A DNA stretch of 24,000 nt from an uncultured Barnesiella sp. (GCA_944320015.1 CALUFO010000005.1:1-24000), one strand, 5' to 3'. Numbered from the stretch's first letter, positions 7,042 through 14,697 are shown. Numbers and translations: made by a program. Notes: a model not told the origin generated them from the letters alone.

Positions 7042-7225
7042 TTTAAACTCCTCCTCTGTGTTCCCGTAAGGGAATATAGGGGAGGTGGCACGCAGTGACG
7101 GAGGGGTTTAAATGTTTTATGACGGAGGTGGTGCAGCCCTCGGGGGTTAAATCCCGTGAGGGGGTTGTAAATTCTATTTGAGCCTCGCAAGAGACGGAGG
7201 GGAAGTGCCCGTTAGGGGGCGAGAG
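7042..7225 (+). repeat. Archetypal forward hairpin unit (7042-7112) plus a string of 3' modules
   Basis: TTTAAACTCCTCCTCTGTGTTCCCGTAAGGGAATATAGGGGAGGTGGCACGCAGTGACGGAGGGGTTTAAA. Core at 7050-7085. Followed by GACGGAGGTGGTGCAGCCCTCGGGGGTTAAAT and GACGGAGGGGAAGTGCCCGTTAGGGGGCGAGAG, running up to the ispF stop. Confidence 0.85.
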
Positions 7226-7705
7226 TTACGGTTGCTCTATAAGAACCACGGCGTAGGCGGCCATGCCCTCTTCGCGGCCGGTGAACCCCAATTGCTCGGT
7301 GGTAGTGGCTTTGATAGATATGTCGTCGGGGTCGATGCCCATGCACTCGGCGAGGCAGTGTTGCATGGCAGGGATATGAGGATTGAGTTTAGGACGCTCG
7401 GCACATAGGGTAATGTCGGTGTTGCCTATCGCATAGCCTTTCTCTCTGATGAGTTCCACGGTTTTGCGCAGGAGTATTTTGCTGTCGATGCCTTTGTATT
7501 CGCCGTCCGTGTCGGGGAAGTGGAACCCGATGTCGCGCATATTGGCGGCTCCGAGCAGGGCGTCGCACAAGGCGTGGATAAGCACATCGGCGTCGGAGTG
7601 GCCCAGCAATCCCCGGGAGTGGTCGATGCGTATTCCTCCGAGCCACAGTTCCCGGCCTTCGACCAGCCGGTGAACGTCAAATCCAAATCCCACACGAGTT
7701 TTCAT
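7226..7705 (-). CDS. ispF: 2-C-methyl-D-erythritol 2,4-cyclodiphosphate synthase
   Basis: 159 aa. RVGFGFDVHRL...GHSDADVLIHALCDALLGA...DIGFHFPDTD is the IspF signature. The start ATG overlaps the porV stop (ATGA at 7702-7705). Confidence 0.93.
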   Translation of the reverse strand: MKTRVGFGFDVHRLVEGRELWLGGIRIDHSRGLLGHSDADVLIHALCDALLGAANMRDIGFHFPDTDGEYKGIDSKILLRKTVELIREKGYAIGNTDITLCAERPKLNPHIPAMQHCLAECMGIDPDDISIKATTTEQLGFTGREEGMAAYAVVLIEQP

Positions 7706-8901
7706 CGGCGGCCTACCAATTCTTTAAGTCCGTCCATATCGAACGAGAGGGTGAAACGGAGGGTTTGGTCGAGCGGGCTGGTTTGAGCCGTGGCTACCAT
7801 GTAGGCGGCGTCGATTTTCAGCACGTTGAGCGAGAAGCCGGCTCCGAAGGCAAAGTATTTGCGGTTACCCTTGTATTTGTCTTCGTGGAAGTATCCGGCG
7901 CGGAGGAAGAATTGTTGGTTGTAGGAGTATTCGGCTCCGATGGAGAAATTGATCTCGCGCAACTCTTCTTTGAATCCGCCGGGAGCGTCGCTGAACGATT
8001 GGAATATACCGGTGATGGGCGAGGTGTTTTGCCATTTTTCCTTGGCCTCTTCATACTCGGCGTCGGTCTCGTAGTTGGCGACTTGCGGAGTCGAGGGAAC
8101 CAGCAACTTGTTGAGGTCGAGGTTGAGCGCCAGCGTGTTGTAGTCGGCCAGCGGGAAGAGGAACGAGGTACCTATGCGCAGGTTGGTGGGGAGGAAGGCG
8201 CTTTCGTTGCCGCCGTCGTAGGACACTTTTGTACCGATGTTGGAGATGTTGAAACCCAGCGACCACTGGCATTCATTGCGTCCTATGATCGGATAGGTGG
8301 TGTAGTATCCCGAGATGTCGGCGGCGAAGGCCGAGGCTCCCGAGGCGTCGGATACGCTCGACTCGTCGTAGTGGAATCCCAAGTCGGAATAGATGTAGCG
8401 GAAGACGACACCCATCGAGAATTTATCGGAGAGTTTGCGGGAGTATCCTACGTCGAACGCCATTTCGTAGGGGGTGATGCTGTTTTGCGCGTTGCCTTGG
8501 TTGTCGGTGAGGACGATTTCGCCGAGCGAGAAGTATCGTAGCGAGGCGCTAAGGGCTTGCAAGTCGCTGCTGCCGATTTTCCAGTATCCGGCCAAATAGG
8601 CGAGGTAGATGTCGTTGACCAGTTTGCGCAGCCACGGGGTGTAGGATAGCGACACTCCTGCTTGGCTGTAAGCGAAGGCATATTTGGAGGGGTTCCAAAA
8701 CTGTGAGTTTACGTCGGGGTCGGTAGCCACGCCCAAGTCGCCCATCGAGGCGCCGCGGGAGTCGGGGGTGATGCCCAGCGAGGTGATACCCGTGTTGATG
8801 GGGTTAAATTCGTTCGCCGCGTTTCCGTCGGCGGCATATGTCCCGGCGGGCAAAAGCAGCGACACGAGCATGACGGGTATGATATAAAAAAGTCGTTTCA
8901 T
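7702..8901 (-). CDS. porV: T9SS outer-membrane beta-barrel protein PorV (LptO)
   Basis: 399 aa. Signal peptide, then the PorV-like N-terminal motif SRGASMGDLGVATDPDVNSQFWNPSKYAF, alternating beta-strand character and an aromatic-rich C-terminus. It lies immediately downstream of porU, as in described Bacteroidetes loci. Confidence 0.85.
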   Translation of the reverse strand: MKRLFYIIPVMLVSLLLPAGTYAADGNAANEFNPINTGITSLGITPDSRGASMGDLGVATDPDVNSQFWNPSKYAFAYSQAGVSLSYTPWLRKLVNDIYLAYLAGYWKIGSSDLQALSASLRYFSLGEIVLTDNQGNAQNSITPYEMAFDVGYSRKLSDKFSMGVVFRYIYSDLGFHYDESSVSDASGASAFAADISGYYTTYPIIGRNECQWSLGFNISNIGTKVSYDGGNESAFLPTNLRIGTSFLFPLADYNTLALNLDLNKLLVPSTPQVANYETDAEYEEAKEKWQNTSPITGIFQSFSDAPGGFKEELREINFSIGAEYSYNQQFFLRAGYFHEDKYKGNRKYFAFGAGFSLNVLKIDAAYMVATAQTSPLDQTLRFTLSFDMDGLKELVGRR

Positions 8902-8954
8902 CGTTTTGAGTCCTTACAAATTACATGTATATAATAAACAGAGATTGCCCCCGA

Positions 8955-11900
8955 TTATTGCGTGATGACGACTATTTTTTTTGTGGGGGTGGCTATTGTC
9001 CCGGTCGATGTCTCGAAGTATCCCCGGCAATAATATTGCCCGGCGGGCACCCGCTTGCCGCTGGTGTCGCGGAGGTGCCAGATGACGGGGAAGGGGTTGC
9101 TGCCTGACTCGTACGTCCATACTTCTTGTCCCAGATTGTCGGTAATGGAGACGAGCGCCCGTTTCAAGTCGGCGATTTCGTTTCCGTCTTGGTCTTGGCA
9201 CGAGAGCGTGGCTTTCTCGGTTATGGGATTCTCGGCCACCGATAGTGTATAGGTATCGTCACCGCCGTTTATTCTAAACGAGATCGAGGACTCTGATGAG
9301 TTCCCCAATGAGTCGAATACTTTGAAGGTGAGCGTGTGCGGCCCGTCGGATAAATGGGGCAGCGGGTATATAAACTCGCCCCCGGGAATATCGCTGTCGG
9401 TCATGGGCGAGTAGTAGTGCAGGGTGTTTTCTCCGATGCTTCCGCCGTCGAGCCACAGGGTCATTTGCCGTCCCAAGCCATTGCCTGTCCATATCCCGGA
9501 GGGATCGGAGAATCGGCAGATAAAGGTCGCGGGATTGTGGTACAACTCGCCCTCGGCAAACGATTCGTCGTTTAGCCCGATAAATTCGATTTGCGGGCCT
9601 TGTGTCTCTTTTGCCGTTGTTTCGCTGTCTGTGCCAATCAGCAGTTGTTCGGTATATCCGTTGGCTTCCCGGCCGGTTTCGTCGTAGGCGTACAGGTTGA
9701 GCAAACCCGATTTCCCCGAGCGGGAGTTTTCGGCCGGCAATATGATGGTCGTTTTGAATAGCCCGTTTCGCACTGTCCCTTTGCCTGTGGACAACAGGTC
9801 GGGGCGGTATTTATAGGTCCAAGTCTGGTCGTCTTGGTTGCCGAGCGTCGTGAATGTTTTCTCCTCGTCGTAGAGCGAGTAGAATATTTCACCGTTGAAA
9901 TCTGAGAGCAATTTGTTTTGGTAGGAGCGTATTTCGCCCTCGATCGTATAGCTTCCGCCGGGAATCAATTCTACCGGGTCGCCGCTGCTATTCCCGTTTA
10001 TTTGGGTGACTTGTATTGTGTGTTCGGGGTAGGTCAGTTTCAACGCCGGGTCGCCGATGAGAATATAGTTGAGCTTGTTTTTGTCGATTTCGTTGTTGAA
10101 GTCGCGCTTGGCTAATCGGAGTATGTCGCCGACTCGCACGGGTTTACCGTCGGAGTCCCGGTCGAGCAGGCGTTTCATCAGCCGGCGGTTGATTTTGTCG
10201 TTCCCGTCGGTATATACGACACGGGTGGTGGTGATCAGTCCTATGGCTCCACCGGTAGGATTGAGGAATACCGACTCGCCGGACGAAAACTCGTTCTCGT
10301 CGTCGAACTGGGTGTAGTTGCAAGTAACTGTGATAAAGAGCGGTAGCCGGCTGTTGTCGAGGTTGTCCATTTCGACCCGTGAGAGGAGCCCTTCACCGGT
10401 GAGTCCCACTTCGGGGTCGTTGTGCCCGATATAGTTGAAGACGAGCATTCCATCTTCAAATTGTTTCATCAGTTCCCGGTTGGCGTCGTGGTTCTTTTTG
10501 GAGACGGGGTCTAAGTGGTAGGAGTCGATGAAGATTTTGTTTACCCTGAATTGCAACCTTGGGTTTGCGGTGTTTTTAAGCAGCAGAGTGTCGCTCCCCA
10601 TATCGGCCTGCTCGGTGTGAATCGCTTCGTCGCCGTCGTCGGCAGCTACGCAAATGCTGTTTTTCCACGGAGAAAAGTCGGTGTTGCCTACATATCGATA
10701 CATTTTATCGACCACCAATTGCGCCTCTTTGACCGACGTTACGGGGAACCGCCCGATGCCCAGACACACTTTGTCGACTTTTATTTCGGTGCCCGTGTTG
10801 TCTTCCAAGAAGCCAAAATAATCTTCCAGCACAAAGGACTCCCGCTCGTCGATGCTGGTTTTGGATTGGTAGGTCAGCAGCATGTTGCACTCGGGGGTGT
10901 GCAGTGACGTCATGGCCTTGCGGTTATCGTAGGAGCCGTCGCCGAACAGGAGCAGGTAGCGAGGCTGTGGATTCGAGCCGTTGGCCCGGTCGTAGAACAT
11001 CTTCATGAGCCTCCGGTAGGCTGTCGCGTCGGGAGTTCCCGAGGAAAATTCGTTGAATATTTTTTCTTGTTCGACCACAACGGCCGTGAGGCCCTCGGCT
11101 CGATGCAACTGCGCCATTCGTTCGGCTTGGTCTTGGAACGCCGCCGGGGTGATGATGGTGAGGTCGGCGATGTCCAAGGCGTGTAAGTTCTGGTTCTCGA
11201 TTTTCCGCACGAAAACGGGCGAGGGGAAATCCCGTTGGGTATCGAAAGCGATAAATTCGCGCAGCTGAGTGTCTTCGGGCGCAAACGAGCAAACCCCGTT
11301 TTCAAAGGAGGTGAGTATGTTTTTGGGGGCGTGAGGGGTGGTGACGTCCCATACCCGTGTAGACTCGGTGCATTGCCCTATTTGGTAATAGTTGCCGCTG
11401 GAGCGGTCGATGAACCGGAATGACACCTGCCCGTCGTATAGTTGCAGCTTGCGTGTGTAGTTGAGCCTTATATAGTCGAGATGGGCGCAAGAGGTGACAC
11501 CGGTGCTGGAATAGCGCAGGCCTATGGTCGAGGTTTCCGAGGCTTCTTCGGCCGTTTTGATAGGAGAGATTTGCCGGAGGAACTCGTGTGTGTCGTAATA
11601 TTTTGTAATCCGGTTGGAGGTGTTGACCGGCAGGTCGACACCGTTGTAAGAGATGTATATATACCCCTCGGCGTCGCTAATCTTCGCACCGAACGATACC
11701 CTTATTTTTATGGACTTGGGCAGTGCGCCGGGCAAATGAAATGTAAACTCTTGGCTGGGATCCGACAAGAAATCTTCTCCAAAGAAATTTTGCCCGGTAC
11801 GACCCACCGAAATCAACTCTTTCTCGTGAATCGTATAGTCGTTGAACGAAGATACCGCGGTCGTATTCTCTCCTGTGGGGAGGGGTGTCGAAACAGTGGG

Positions 11901-12362
11901 AAACGGGGTTTCGGCAGTCTCCTTATCGGTCAGGAAGTAGTAGGCGTGGGTCGAGTAGGGGTGGAGCCGATGAATAAATTCTTGGTTGTAGGGGTCGAGC
12001 TCCCATAGGGTCGTTCCTGTCGAATAGAAGTAGAGTTTGCCGTCTTGTCGCCACAGCGGTATTTGGGGCAAATCGTCGATATAATCGTCGTCGTTTGAGA
12101 AGAGTTCGTCGATGACGAGCCCGCCGTACCCGAAGAGCTTTACTTTCGAGGGGTCGGAGAATCCCCACGCTTTCAAAGAGTCGTCGGATATTTGGTAAAT
12201 CCCGGCGTCGGTAGTCGATATTTTTACCCAATTGCCTTCGGCCAAAACCGAACTTGCCGCATAGTCGCTGCTACTTCGCCCGTGTGCGGGGAGAAGCGTG
12301 ACTATGGCGCATATTATCGTGAGCAATATGGGCGTTTTTCGTATGGTGCGAGTCATTGGCAT
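8955..12362 (-). CDS. porU: T9SS sortase PorU (peptidase C25 / gingipain family)
   Basis: About 1135 aa. Its size, its position upstream of porV, and the gingipain-like dyad context (YIGHN... and RLPLFITVTCNY) support PorU. It keeps its own C-terminal beta-rich domain. The track start at 12383 is a TTG that overlaps the upstream gene, so I prefer ATG 12362 (or 12356), which gives MPMTRTIRKTPILLTIICAIVTLLPAHG as the signal peptide. Confidence 0.85.
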   Translation of the reverse strand: MPMTRTIRKTPILLTIICAIVTLLPAHGRSSSDYAASSVLAEGNWVKISTTDAGIYQISDDSLKAWGFSDPSKVKLFGYGGLVIDELFSNDDDYIDDLPQIPLWRQDGKLYFYSTGTTLWELDPYNQEFIHRLHPYSTHAYYFLTDKETAETPFPTVSTPLPTGENTTAVSSFNDYTIHEKELISVGRTGQNFFGEDFLSDPSQEFTFHLPGALPKSIKIRVSFGAKISDAEGYIYISYNGVDLPVNTSNRITKYYDTHEFLRQISPIKTAEEASETSTIGLRYSSTGVTSCAHLDYIRLNYTRKLQLYDGQVSFRFIDRSSGNYYQIGQCTESTRVWDVTTPHAPKNILTSFENGVCSFAPEDTQLREFIAFDTQRDFPSPVFVRKIENQNLHALDIADLTIITPAAFQDQAERMAQLHRAEGLTAVVVEQEKIFNEFSSGTPDATAYRRLMKMFYDRANGSNPQPRYLLLFGDGSYDNRKAMTSLHTPECNMLLTYQSKTSIDERESFVLEDYFGFLEDNTGTEIKVDKVCLGIGRFPVTSVKEAQLVVDKMYRYVGNTDFSPWKNSICVAADDGDEAIHTEQADMGSDTLLLKNTANPRLQFRVNKIFIDSYHLDPVSKKNHDANRELMKQFEDGMLVFNYIGHNDPEVGLTGEGLLSRVEMDNLDNSRLPLFITVTCNYTQFDDENEFSSGESVFLNPTGGAIGLITTTRVVYTDGNDKINRRLMKRLLDRDSDGKPVRVGDILRLAKRDFNNEIDKNKLNYILIGDPALKLTYPEHTIQVTQINGNSSGDPVELIPGGSYTIEGEIRSYQNKLLSDFNGEIFYSLYDEEKTFTTLGNQDDQTWTYKYRPDLLSTGKGTVRNGLFKTTIILPAENSRSGKSGLLNLYAYDETGREANGYTEQLLIGTDSETTAKETQGPQIEFIGLNDESFAEGELYHNPATFICRFSDPSGIWTGNGLGRQMTLWLDGGSIGENTLHYYSPMTDSDIPGGEFIYPLPHLSDGPHTLTFKVFDSLGNSSESSISFRINGGDDTYTLSVAENPITEKATLSCQDQDGNEIADLKRALVSITDNLGQEVWTYESGSNPFPVIWHLRDTSGKRVPAGQYYCRGYFETSTGTIATPTKKIVVITQ

Positions 12363-12372
12363 GAATGGATTG

Positions 12373-12990
12373 CTATTTGACAAAGAAGTCGAGAACTTTG
12401 GTTTCCCCCAAATATCCCACGAGGTGGTCGCCTATTTTTACGGGGCCTACACCCGCCGGGGTTCCGGTGAAGATGATGTCTCCGATCTTCAAGGTATAGA
12501 ATTGGCTGACATAGGCGATAATCTCGTCGATGTGAAAAATCATGTCGTTGCTGTTCCCGCGCTGGACGGTGGTGCCGTTGATCGATAACGAGAAGTCTAA
12601 GTTGTCGGCTTTGCGGGGTTGATCGGGCAGCGGTAAGAACTGTCCGATAGGAGCCGAGTAGTCAAAACCCTTGGCGATGTCCCACGGGCTGCCCGAGGCG
12701 CGCGCCTCGGCCTGTTTGTCCCGGGCGGTGAAATCGATCCCTACGGTGACGGCGTCGTAGTAGCGGTGCGCAAATTTGGGGGCGATATTTTTCCCCAACC
12801 GCGAAATGTGAAATACCAGCTCGGTCTCGTATTCGATGCGGTCGGAGAACTGAGGCAGGAAGAACGGTTTCCCGTTTTTTAGCAGGGCAGTCTCGGGTTT
12901 CAGAAAGACAACCGGATAGGGCGGAATGTCTGTTCGATTCATTTCCGCGTTATGAGCATTGTAGTTCCAACCGACGGCGATTATTTTCAT
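12373..12990 (-). CDS. Fumarylacetoacetate hydrolase (FAH) family protein
   Basis: 205 aa. Motifs E(T)ELVFHI, GIDFTARDKQ...GSPWDIAKGFD and IIFTGTPAGVGPVKIGD are typical of the FAH / 2-keto-4-pentenoate hydratase fold. Confidence 0.85.
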   Translation of the reverse strand: MKIIAVGWNYNAHNAEMNRTDIPPYPVVFLKPETALLKNGKPFFLPQFSDRIEYETELVFHISRLGKNIAPKFAHRYYDAVTVGIDFTARDKQAEARASGSPWDIAKGFDYSAPIGQFLPLPDQPRKADNLDFSLSINGTTVQRGNSNDMIFHIDEIIAYVSQFYTLKIGDIIFTGTPAGVGPVKIGDHLVGYLGETKVLDFFVK

Positions 12991-12996
12991 GGCGTT

Positions 12997-13644
12997 TTAT
13001 TTGGCGTTGTTCAGCCGATTGAACATCACGGCCAGATGTGCGTAAATCGATGTGTTCTGTATGACGATGTGCTTGGGAACCCGAATACGATAGGGGGTGA
13101 AGTTCCATATCGCTTTGATTCCGCCGGCAATCATCTCTTCGGTGGCGCTTTGAGCCTTGTCGATGGGGACGGTGAGAATGCCTATCTGTACGCCCGACTC
13201 TTTTTGCTTTTGGGCAAATTGGGATAGGTGGTAGACCGGTATGTTGTTGACGAAAGTTCCCGCCAGCTCGGGTTTTATGTCGAATCCGGCGACGACTTCG
13301 AGACCATATTGCGACAGACCCGAGTCCTGCATAAGCGCGGCGCCCAAGTTGCCGACTCCGAAAATAAAGGCTTTGTGCATGGAGGTGAATCCGAGAAATT
13401 CTTCCAGCACGGCGATCAACGAGTCGATTTCGTAACCGACGCGTGTTTTCCCCGAGATATTGATAAACGAGAGGTCTTTGGCTATTTTCGACGAATCTAC
13501 GCCTATCTCTTTTGCTATCTGGGTGGAGGATACATATTCTTCGCCTTTTGTTTGTAGCAATTTGATATAAGCCAAATACCACGGTAGCCGGCGCAACGAC
13601 GGCTCTGGTAATTTTATTGTAGACTTCGAATCCGAACTAAACAT
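12997..13644 (-). CDS. rex: Redox-sensing transcriptional repressor Rex
   Basis: EPSLRRLPWYLAYIKLL...EYVSSTQIAKEIGVDSSKIAKDLS is a winged helix, followed by the Rossmann motif IFGVGNLGAALM. I prefer ATG 13644 (MFSSDSK...) over the track start 13698, because a TTTG-N20-TATCTTTG promoter lies inside the longer ORF. Confidence 0.88.
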   Translation of the reverse strand: MFSSDSKSTIKLPEPSLRRLPWYLAYIKLLQTKGEEYVSSTQIAKEIGVDSSKIAKDLSFINISGKTRVGYEIDSLIAVLEEFLGFTSMHKAFIFGVGNLGAALMQDSGLSQYGLEVVAGFDIKPELAGTFVNNIPVYHLSQFAQKQKESGVQIGILTVPIDKAQSATEEMIAGGIKAIWNFTPYRIRVPKHIVIQNTSIYAHLAVMFNRLNNAK

Positions 13645-13656
13645 TTTTTTTGACTG

Positions 13657-13818
13657 TTTTTCAACGACAAAGATAGTGAAAGGTAAGTGTAGAGACAAAC
13701 GGAAAATGAAGTTTTCACGTTTGTTTATGCCGAACCGCCTCTTATTTTCGTGAACAAAGGTAATGAAAGGAGGGCGTAGAGGCAGGTGGGGAACGAAGTT
13801 TTCACGTTTGTGGTAACC
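13657..13818 (-). repeat. Diverged tandem duplication (~87-bp period) of the rex upstream region
   Basis: 13657-13730 aligns with 13744-13818 at roughly 70 percent identity. Both copies share the exact 17-mer GAAGTTTTCACGTTTGT (13709-13725, 13795-13811) and a TAnnTTTG box on the minus strand (TATCTTTG, TACCTTTG). Confidence 0.7.
13668..13699 (-). promoter_or_regulatory. Candidate Bacteroidetes-type promoter for rex
   Basis: The minus strand reads TTTG (13699-13696), a 20-nt spacer, then TATCTTTG (13675-13668). It lies 24 nt upstream of ATG 13644. Confidence 0.5.
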
Positions 13819-14165
13819 TTTAAACTCTCCCTCTGTGGGTTACTAACGACAGGTGAAATATTTAAACTCCTCCTCTGTGTTTTGCGGAGCAAAATATAGG
13901 GGAGGTGGTGCAGCCGGAGGGGTTGAAACTCTGTGTTTACAGCAACTGGCAAGGGTATGCATTTAAACTCCTCCTCTGTGTTTTGCGAAGCAAAATATAG
14001 AGGAGGTGCCCGTTAGGGCGGAGGGGTTTAAAGTGCTTTATCACAGTTTTTTAGCCTCTTGGTTTTCAACCCCTCTCCTCGGGACGTGTGTCACCCTCGG
14101 TTTCTCCCCTATATGGTTGGCACCACACAGGGGAGAAGTGAAGATAGTTTAAACTCCTCCGCCCC
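13818..14165. repeat. Dense stem-loop repeat mosaic (family 1): two forward units, one reverse unit, fragments
   Basis: Cores at 13869-13905 (GGA loop), 13970-14006 (GAA loop, with a compensated U-A pair) and 14102-14137 (reverse, GGU-GCCA-ACC subtype). A 5' fragment at 13818-13850. The TTTACAGCAACTGGCAAGG module at 13936-13954. Confidence 0.85.
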
Positions 14166-14221
14166 ACTGATTTTCTACGGCCCAGAAATTTTTCTAAAAT
14201 AGAATGAAATAGACATAATTG

Positions 14222-14261
14222 TTTGCTAATTTGGAAACAAAGCAACTATTTTTGTAGTTGC
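14222..14261 (+). promoter_or_regulatory. Candidate promoter with overlapping palindromic operator for the XRE gene
   Basis: TTTG at 14222-14225 and TATTTTTG (TAnnTTTG) at 14247-14254. A perfect 7-bp inverted repeat GCAACTA-N6-TAGTTGC (14242-14261) straddles the -7 box, about 30 nt upstream of the ATG. This layout is typical of autoregulated HTH genes. Confidence 0.5.
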
Positions 14262-14288
14262 AACTTTTAAAAATAAAAAGTAGCAGAT

Positions 14289-14621
14289 ATGGCAAAGATG
14301 AATTTCACACCAGCAGACAAATTGATAGATGATGTATGGGGGAAGGTGGGCACTCCCGAAAGAGATGCTATGGAAGCTCAACTCAAAGAAGATATACAAG
14401 CCTACTTTGTCGGTGAGGCGATTAAAAAAGCGCGTCTTAAACAAAACCTCACACAGGAGGAATTAGGCAAAAAGATAGGCGTGAAACGTTCTCAAATTTG
14501 CAAGTTGGAGAGTGGTAAATGTTCTATAACTCTTTCCACGATGAGTAGGGTATTTCAGGCTTTGGGAATTGCAACGGCTACACTCGATTTAGGAATAGGT
14601 GGAAAGGTCGCTTTGTGGTAA
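14289..14621 (+). CDS. XRE-family HTH protein, HigA-like antitoxin type, with no adjacent toxin gene
   Basis: 110 aa. The C-terminal half LKQNLTQEELGKKIGVKRSQICKLESGKCSITLSTMSRVFQALG is a Cro/C1-type HTH. The N-terminal extension (FTPADKLIDDVWGKVGTPERD...) is as seen in antitoxin-type XRE proteins. Confidence 0.75.
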   Translation: MAKMNFTPADKLIDDVWGKVGTPERDAMEAQLKEDIQAYFVGEAIKKARLKQNLTQEELGKKIGVKRSQICKLESGKCSITLSTMSRVFQALGIATATLDLGIGGKVALW

Positions 14622-14642
14622 GCATATAATGTGGGAATTATT

Positions 14643-14677
14643 AAGGAGGAGGATACAAAACACCCTCCTCCTTTTTA
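14643..14677. terminator. Bidirectional intrinsic terminator between convergent genes
   Basis: 10-bp stem AAGGAGGAGG (14643-14652) / CCTCCTCCTT (14664-14673), followed by TTT. It is flanked by A/T on both sides and sits between the XRE stop (14621) and the lipoprotein stop (14698). Confidence 0.75.
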
Positions 14678-14697
14678 TCGCTTTTATAAACGCTATT

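Noticed and set aside
7765-8541. Long antisense or shadow ORFs inside real genes: 7765..8541, 20861..21973, 20028..20666, 22662..23339, 12950..13582, 696..1343, 5707..6273, 11442..12008, 17284..17841, 18736..19338, 10515..10907
   Set aside because: Each lies fully within, and opposite or out of frame to, a CDS with a clear family signature. Their sequences are low-complexity (R/G/V-rich) with no recognisable motifs. These are typical shadow ORFs in moderately GC-rich coding DNA.
13709-13725. Canonical Rex operator upstream of rex
   Set aside because: The conserved 17-mer contains TGAA-N3-TTCA rather than the TGAA-N4-TTCA spacing of the TTGTGAAnnnnTTCACAA consensus, and the outer TTG/CAA arms are missing. 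I keep it only as an unassigned conserved box.
14166-14288. Missing HigB/RelE-type toxin partner upstream of the XRE/HigA-like gene
   Set aside because: No ORF of useful length exists in any frame between the repeat tract and the XRE start; ATG AAA TAG at about 14203 is the best. The downstream neighbour is convergent. The gene is therefore called an orphan regulator, not a TA module.
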